64,000 nucleotides of DNA from a virus: positions 1 to 64,000 of IMG/VR virus record IMGVR_UViG_3300042691_038490. One strand, 5' to 3'. The first letter of the stretch is position 1. Every line of letters starts with the position of its first letter. The notes beneath the pieces are model-generated. The model was not told where the DNA came from. It made no database searches and worked only from the letters and a program-made list of their open reading frames with translations. The translations under genes and the position numbers were made by a program. This document shows positions 58,061 to 64,000 of this stretch, piece after piece.

Positions 58061-58551
58061 TAGAATGTCTCCGAAGAAGAACGAACACTCTCTACTCGTT
58101 CATTAAACTCAAGTTCAATCTTGCGATTAAGAACATCAAAGTTAAATGTTCCGTAGCTACCTTCGTTGATCTCCCAACCTCCGTGATATGCCCCTAATCT
58201 ATCATAGCATATTTCTTCAACAATCGCACTAACATCACCTTCGCCTCCACCAACTTCAACAAACTCTTTCTTCTTTTCGTCCCACTGATGTTGATGTCCT
58301 AGGTGAGAACCTTTAACAACTAGTTTTGGACAAGACAGCTCTTTGTCTCTGTGGTCTTTGAAGATAATATCATTGATTTGGCCACTATCTCCACACCCAT
58401 CAAAAGTGACTTCGATAGAAACTACCCTTGTATCAGCTAAAGTATCAAATAGTGCTTTAGCATTAACTTTAGATTTTTCTGCTTTCTTTTCTTGACTCTT
58501 ACGGATTTCCTCCATAATGTCCTTCATATCAATTTTTTTGGTTTTGCTCAT
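58060..58551 (-). CDS. DUF6878-like protein
   Basis: FDGCGDSGQI and GWEINEGSYG motifs; start moved to MSKTKK after a TTGACA-N17-TATGCT promoter. Confidence 0.65.
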   Translation of the reverse strand: MSKTKKIDMKDIMEEIRKSQEKKAEKSKVNAKALFDTLADTRVVSIEVTFDGCGDSGQINDIIFKDHRDKELSCPKLVVKGSHLGHQHQWDEKKKEFVEVGGGEGDVSAIVEEICYDRLGAYHGGWEINEGSYGTFNFDVLNRKIELEFNERVESVRSSSETF

Positions 58552-58766
58552 AAGAAGAGCATACCACACACTTAATCTGTGTCAAGACCTACGGCGACTT
58601 TTCTTTTTCTTCTTAAAAATATTAAAGATATCACACTTATAATTATAAAGTGTTGAGCAGGCCCAATTGATGCTGTACATTATAACCCATAATAGGAAAA
58701 CTAATCCAAGTACTCTTATTTCAGAGGATTCAATTAATTTTTCAGTTACTATAAGAAACATATTAT

Positions 58767-58949
58767 TTAGCTCACTCTTGTTTGTTTATATTTGGTTGCA
58801 ACGCGACCAAGCATCTCCTCTAGACGCTTAACTTCTTCTTCGTAACCATACTTTTGCCATTCCTTAAGATGGGAGATCTGATCAACAATACAATCTTGAA
58901 TTAATCCCCAATCACTACTGGTAAAATTCTTGTCTGTGTAGTCGCTCAT
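58767..58949 (-). CDS. Hypothetical protein
   Basis: ATG follows a TTGACT...TATATT promoter. Confidence 0.55.
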   Translation of the reverse strand: MSDYTDKNFTSSDWGLIQDCIVDQISHLKEWQKYGYEEEVKRLEEMLGRVATKYKQTRVS

Positions 58950-59113
58950 ATGATCAATATATTTTATTTATTTAGATTAGTCAATTACTTATTTAAAATT
59001 TCTATAAGATGATCAATAGTAGGATGCTGAGATGGATCTACTGATTGTTTCGATGCAATAAGAGCATAAAGTAATATACTAAGTTCTTCTCTATTAAAAA
59101 CAAATGTTCTCAT

Positions 59114-59377
59114 TTATTTAATATTCCACCTATTTAATTTATAATCATTCCTAGCACGAGAAACAGACAATCTATTAATCTTATTTAAAGATAAGTTCTT
59201 CCTATTTCGCTTTTTAAAAGTCCTATATCTTTTCTTTGTTTTTTGTTTCTTATTTAGCCAATAGTGAATCGGCTTTGTATCAATATAGTAATATTTTGCT
59301 CTTATATATCCAATAATAGGTATAGTGGCGAAAACAATCGCACAGATTAAAAAAGAATAAGCTAATATTTGATTCAT
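59114..59377 (-). CDS. Single-pass membrane protein with basic tail
   Basis: N-terminal TM. Confidence 0.5.
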   Translation of the reverse strand: MNQILAYSFLICAIVFATIPIIGYIRAKYYYIDTKPIHYWLNKKQKTKKRYRTFKKRNRKNLSLNKINRLSVSRARNDYKLNRWNIK

Positions 59378-59379
59378 AT

Positions 59380-59616
59380 TTATCTATTTTCCTCTAGTTT
59401 ATTTAAGATGTCAATTACAATATTTTTATGTTCGTCTTTTAAATTTGAACTATATTTATTTAGTATTATTTGAATACTATTATTTCTGAAACTTTTAATA
59501 GTATTTATGCTCATCTCATAAGGCATATTTAGCCTTTCCCATTCACTATTTAAACAAAAGAACAAATAAGATAGTTCATCCTCAGACAAAACTTTAATTT
59601 GATTATTTGTTATCAT
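59380..59616 (-). CDS. Hypothetical protein
   Basis: Coupled ORF. Confidence 0.55.
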   Translation of the reverse strand: MITNNQIKVLSEDELSYLFFCLNSEWERLNMPYEMSINTIKSFRNNSIQIILNKYSSNLKDEHKNIVIDILNKLEENR

Positions 59617-60161
59617 TTGAATACTTTTTTATTATTTCCATCTCTTATTGCAGGAAATATGTCTGGATTATTTGGGCTAGTGCCGTGCTTAAATTCAGTA
59701 TAATCATCATAGCCATCACCATCAGAATCCACAAGATCACTAGCTGATTTTGCTGGCGTATAATTATTTGTTTTACAGATCCATCGTTTATCTACCCAAT
59801 ACCTTTGATCTTTTATTTCTGACTTATTTAGAGCAACAGCTTTTCTATCTTCAATTTCACTTTGATATCTTGCTTCTGCTTCGTTAGCAGACTCGTATCC
59901 AGATTGATTGTAATTATCTATAATTTTAGTCGCTTTATTTACAAGTCCAATAGTTTCATTTAAAGTATCAAAGAATTCTTGAGAGTAACTATTTAGTGTT
60001 AATAATATAAGAAACAATGTGGTTTTTGCTAGTCGAAAGGGGTCTAAACTCCTAGCGGGTTCACCACCAACCAGTCCTTGGGTCACGGCTTCCAAGATAT
60101 CTTTATTATAATGTTTATTTCCCATAAAATCAATAATAAATCTAAAATAACTTAAAATCAA
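59613..60161 (-). CDS. Secreted protein with Ca-binding TSP3-like repeat
   Basis: Hydrophobic segment followed by DSDGDGYDDYTE..GTSPNNPD; start uncertain. Confidence 0.55.
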   Translation of the reverse strand: MILSYFRFIIDFMGNKHYNKDILEAVTQGLVGGEPARSLDPFRLAKTTLFLILLTLNSYSQEFFDTLNETIGLVNKATKIIDNYNQSGYESANEAEARYQSEIEDRKAVALNKSEIKDQRYWVDKRWICKTNNYTPAKSASDLVDSDGDGYDDYTEFKHGTSPNNPDIFPAIRDGNNKKVFK

Positions 60162-60568
60162 CCAAAATATTCTAAATCTTCTTTAGCTTTCTTGTCTAGT
60201 TTAAAACCAAGAAGTTCTATTATTTCTTTATTTGTCATAGGTTTGGCCGCATTTCCTTTATATATGTAATTTTTGTCTACTGCAATAAGATCCCACTCTT
60301 TTATATTTAGTTCATATTCATTATTTGTTATTTTTATGGCTACAAAGTTAAGAGTAATCTTAATTACTATATGTTTGCTTTTATTTTCTAATAGTATTAT
60401 CTTTTCATCCTCATAAGAGTATATATCATTGACGCTAGTTAGCTTTATTTTCTTTAAACTATTAAATAATTCAAGATCAATTATTGCCCAATTCTTTATT
60501 ATTTTAGGAGGACTCTTTAGCCTATCATAGTATAACTCTAATTTATCTTGTAAAGATTTAAACTTCAC
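60158..60568 (-). CDS. Hypothetical protein
   Basis: 136-aa ORF. Confidence 0.55.
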   Translation of the reverse strand: MKFKSLQDKLELYYDRLKSPPKIIKNWAIIDLELFNSLKKIKLTSVNDIYSYEDEKIILLENKSKHIVIKITLNFVAIKITNNEYELNIKEWDLIAVDKNYIYKGNAAKPMTNKEIIELLGFKLDKKAKEDLEYFG

Positions 60569-60804
60569 ATTATTTATTATACTATAAATTCGCCACTAAT
60601 TATAGTTTTATTAGTTCTCTTATCATTTCAATAGCTAGTAATATCCATAGTATATAAATAGCTCTTTTTAGCCATTTTTCTGCTCTATTATTTAGATATT
60701 TTAGTTTTTTAAGTATGTAGTTCACACCTTATACTACACAAGAAGAAAAGAATATAATTTATTTTAAATATTTCTCTTGACTTATTTAGATATATAAAAG
60801 AAAA

Positions 60805-61029
60805 TCATACCCATTTTATACCATTATCTTTATTATTACTCTTATGTTTCTTTAGTTCTTTTATGCTCTCTAACAGAGTATTTTTAATATATAAGTAACA
60901 ATAAACTATTAGTAAAGGAATACATAAAGCTATAAAGAGTAATATCCCTAAACAGAGTAAAATAGGCTTAATTTCAAGGTTTCCAATACTCATTTCTATA
61001 CCTAACAAAGACCTAATATAGTTTTTCAT
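60805..61029 (-). CDS. Small membrane protein
   Basis: Central TM segment. Confidence 0.5.
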   Translation of the reverse strand: MKNYIRSLLGIEMSIGNLEIKPILLCLGILLFIALCIPLLIVYCYLYIKNTLLESIKELKKHKSNNKDNGIKWV

Positions 61030-61602
61030 AGCTCTTTTTAATATATCCTTTCTATTTATCGCCTCTACGCTTAATATACCTTCTAATCTTATTTAAAGCA
61101 ATACAAATATATACAGATAGCCCCAAAGTTCCCATAACCAAAGCGGTAATACTGATAGCTATAATCAATAATACTATTGTGCCTTCTAAACTAGAACCAT
61201 AATAAAAATACATATTATTTCTTGCCTCCAACAATAAAAACAATAAAATTACATATACCAATTATTACAAAGGTCGCTAAATTATAGACCCATTCTAAAA
61301 ATCTCATATCATTTACCAATATACATATACCCCAAAATGCTCAAGAGTATCATAGATATACCCATTAGTTGATGAAATTCACTCATACTTATTTGTGGTA
61401 ATATGCCATAACCATAACACCAAAGATCATCAAAATAACAAATAAAATGTGCCAATTATTCATAGTTTCTTTAGTATATCCTTTATATCTTGTTTTGAAA
61501 AGCCAAATTTTAGAATGTTGCTTAATACAGCAAAAAGGTAATGCTTCTCTGATTTCTTTAGCTTACTACCTTTTTTCTTGAATTTAGCCACGACCTAGCC
61601 TC

Positions 61603-61860
61603 TTATTTTGTATCCGTTTTTTCCTGTGCTAATTTACGCTCAAAATCTTTAATTTCTTTGGCAATATCGTCCGCTTCTTCTTCTAGCAATTCACGCCTAT
61701 AATCTTCAATTTCTTTAATAGTATCGTCTGCTGGCATATACTCAAAGAGCATATCTACCAACTCATCTACCGAGGCGTTATAATACAAATCATAGATATA
61801 CTCTTGTTCATCTTCCGATAGAGTTTCCATATACTCTTTAAGATTTTTAAATTGGCTCAT
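61603..61860 (-). CDS. Small acidic protein
   Basis: D/E-rich; ATG follows a TTGACA-N17-TAGAAT promoter. Confidence 0.6.
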   Translation of the reverse strand: MSQFKNLKEYMETLSEDEQEYIYDLYYNASVDELVDMLFEYMPADDTIKEIEDYRRELLEEEADDIAKEIKDFERKLAQEKTDTK

Positions 61861-61880
61861 ATAAGGATTCTATTTGATTT

Positions 61881-62123
61881 TTATGTTTTGTCAATCTTGA
61901 GTTTTTTCCAACGGCTTTTCTTATTTTTACTTATAGTTCTTACTTGAATCTGATGAATACCTTTTCTAGCCTCTTGAAACTCATCAATACTATCATATCC
62001 ATCGCCAGTATGGTCATCAAACCAAGTAGCAATACAACTCTCTAGTTTAAAAAGACTTGAACCAAACTCTAAAGTCTTTTCACTTGGGTCGTCTAAACAA
62101 ATAATCCTATATTCGTTTTTCAT
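61881..62123 (-). CDS. Hypothetical protein
   Basis: Coupled ORF. Confidence 0.55.
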   Translation of the reverse strand: MKNEYRIICLDDPSEKTLEFGSSLFKLESCIATWFDDHTGDGYDSIDEFQEARKGIHQIQVRTISKNKKSRWKKLKIDKT

Positions 62124-62392
62124 ACATTATACCACGGCGTTTTATGATATAATTCAATTTTCCAGTTTTTAGTAATCCAACTAGTAATTTGATCTGTCCA
62201 ATAGCTAGTTGTAATCTGCCAAAGGTCACGCTCGATACGGATTCTATCAAAGCTATAATAGATATATTGATTAACTAGCTCACCATTATTAAAATCTACA
62301 ACATCAATTTTAATATTAGTTAAAGTCTTGGGAATTGAAACACGAATCTTACCGCCAACCGCATATTCACCGATCTTGAATGTTTTTGTCAT
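62120..62392 (-). CDS. Hypothetical protein
   Basis: TFKIGEYAVGGKI...TTSYWTD. Confidence 0.6.
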   Translation of the reverse strand: MTKTFKIGEYAVGGKIRVSIPKTLTNIKIDVVDFNNGELVNQYIYYSFDRIRIERDLWQITTSYWTDQITSWITKNWKIELYHKTPWYNV

Positions 62393-62503
62393 AAGACCGA
62401 ATATAATTTGAATTTAAATTACGATCAAGAATTATTATTTGAAATCAGATAAACAAACCAAAGAAAAAATGCTGTGATAGCTAATGGAACAATTAATCCC
62501 ATA

Positions 62504-62758
62504 TCAGTAAATATTTTCTACGAAATGGATAGCTTCTTCTCTAATATACCAATCCCAAGATTCTCCTACCAAAACGCAATAATGTTCACTATTAGGAACG
62601 CTGGTAATTTTACCATAGAATTGAGTTCCATCTATTTGAAACATAACTTGACGACCAATATTTTTTTCCATATTAACTATCTTTGCTTTATCATTAGTAG
62701 AAGTATCCGCAGTTGGTGGATATTTCGCATCATAGTCTAACGGATTTGCATTGTTCAT
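62504..62758 (-). CDS. Hypothetical protein
   Basis: Coupled to the MazG-like gene. Confidence 0.55.
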   Translation of the reverse strand: MNNANPLDYDAKYPPTADTSTNDKAKIVNMEKNIGRQVMFQIDGTQFYGKITSVPNSEHYCVLVGESWDWYIREEAIHFVENIY

Positions 62759-63090
62759 CTTTTATCTCCGCTTCCTTTTATTTTACCTCTATTCATACGA
62801 TCTTGCAATTTACTTAAATTAAGTTTAGCGACATCTCCAAGATTAACGCCAATCTCATCTGCGATTGTAGCACAATACCAAAGAACATCGCCAAGTTCAT
62901 CAAAGATTTCCGCTTTAGCTTTCTCATCTAAATTGCCATTATTATCTCTCATAACCTTCTTGACTTTATTAGCGACTTCTCCTGCTTCACCAGCAAGTCC
63001 TAAAGCAGTATAATACAACCCTTGATTCTTAAATACTTTTGGGTAAAAAGCGGTTCTACTAGCATTAGTCTGATAATTGTCAAATGTCAT
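62755..63090 (-). CDS. MazG-like nucleotide pyrophosphohydrolase
   Basis: LGLAGEAGEVANKVKK...DELGDVLWY...NL.KL.DR. Confidence 0.9.
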   Translation of the reverse strand: MTFDNYQTNASRTAFYPKVFKNQGLYYTALGLAGEAGEVANKVKKVMRDNNGNLDEKAKAEIFDELGDVLWYCATIADEIGVNLGDVAKLNLSKLQDRMNRGKIKGSGDKR

Positions 63091-63302
63091 TTCTTTTTAG
63101 AGATTTTAATTGTGTCCAAGCCTTTGAGTAAAGCATTATTAAAACCAATATTTATATACTGGTCATCAGTAATTGTTTCTTTACCAAAGTTAATAAAGTA
63201 ATCTCTCATAGCATCGCCCATATCTACTTTAAGATCATAGTGAGCTTTCTTAAGAAACTTACCTACTTTAAGATAGTAAGGGTCTTGCTTCTTCTTCTTC
63301 AC
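63087..63302 (-). CDS. Hypothetical protein
   Basis: Coupled ORF. Confidence 0.55.
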   Translation of the reverse strand: MKKKKQDPYYLKVGKFLKKAHYDLKVDMGDAMRDYFINFGKETITDDQYINIGFNNALLKGLDTIKISKKK

Positions 63303-63479
63303 GCTCTTATCCTACGCTCTTTTCCCTTTTGAGTCAAGAGCAATTTGCTTCTCATCTTCTCAAACTTTTTAATTATAATTGGATTCTCTACATTTCTTAA
63401 AGCCATATCAATAGCATAGATAAGAGAAATCTTATCATCGAAACCTAGTTGATTTAGTTGAGGAGTTTGCTTATACATT

Positions 63480-63674
63480 TTATTCTTTATTACCTTTAGT
63501 TTTATACGAAAATATCTTTTTTGTCCAGTCAAAATTTTTAGCTGGATAACCTTTGATATTTAAAGTAGAAGGTTTATTAAATAAAGCAATCGCTTCATCC
63601 AACTTCTTCTCCATACGCTCTAGAATGTCATTCACTTCTTTTAATTGCTCTAACTCTTTTTTTGAATATGCCAT
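63480..63674 (-). CDS. Hypothetical protein
   Basis: Coupled ORF. Confidence 0.5.
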   Translation of the reverse strand: MAYSKKELEQLKEVNDILERMEKKLDEAIALFNKPSTLNIKGYPAKNFDWTKKIFSYKTKGNKE

Positions 63675-63675
63675 A

Positions 63676-63912
63676 TTAAAATTCCTTTCTAAAGACCTTT
63701 ACATTCATATTAGGATCATTTTTTCCGTTGTCAAGAGTGTTATATTTACTATTGTAAAAACTTTGATTATCTTCATCCATACCAACAGGAAACCAACCCT
63801 CTTTTTCTTGGACTTGATCTACACTTGCACATCCAATAAAAAAGAAAGTGAGAAAAATCCAAGCAATTACTATCATAACAAAAGCAACTGCTTTACGAAA
63901 ATTAAACGCCAT
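63676..63912 (-). CDS. Putative lipoprotein
   Basis: Signal peptide ending FIGC. Confidence 0.55.
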   Translation of the reverse strand: MAFNFRKAVAFVMIVIAWIFLTFFFIGCASVDQVQEKEGWFPVGMDEDNQSFYNSKYNTLDNGKNDPNMNVKVFRKEF

Positions 63913-64000
63913 CTCTTAACCTAATTGTTTGCGAGATTATTTTATTTTCTTTAACTTCGATAACTTCTGCAACGCTCAACCTTGCGTCTTGGCAAGGAGA

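Noticed and set aside
1-64000. Alternative genetic code (stop-codon reassignment)
   Set aside because: Core genes are full length under code 11, TAG and TGA end genes normally, and no suppressor tRNA was found.

Overview
This 64-kb window is part of a large, AT-rich tailed dsDNA phage genome (Caudoviricetes) using the standard genetic code. The host is most likely a PVC-superphylum bacterium, probably Verrucomicrobia. This is inferred from three PEP-CTERM proteins, a DUF4032-like small protein and a sigma54-type promoter on hsp20. Left part (1 to ~42.6 kb, almost all minus strand): late/virion region with modular tail-fibre and adhesin genes, major capsid protein, decoration protein, protease/scaffold, a lysis cassette, putative tail tube, portal, terminase, an ERCC4 nuclease and a sigma-factor-like gene. 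Accessory genes here include an NDP-sugar C-methyltransferase, a frameshifted hsp20, three PEP-CTERM genes and phoH. About 20 genes, nearly all in this part, have a GTGTAA motif just upstream (candidate late promoter). Right part (~43 to 64 kb): early-type region of short genes with sigma70-like, apparently leaderless promoters. It carries ArdC, DUF932, a gp88-like protein, a SleB-like hydrolase, a MazG-like protein, 7 tRNAs and candidate structured ncRNAs. The most striking unexplained structure is an array of ten strictly phased 75-bp elements between 44.6 and 54.1 kb, mostly about 1 kb apart. Each is a 27-bp palindrome, an exactly 21-bp GC-rich spacer and a second 27-bp palindrome, with arms resembling the IHF consensus. 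Family names come from motif recognition by eye, not from database searches.
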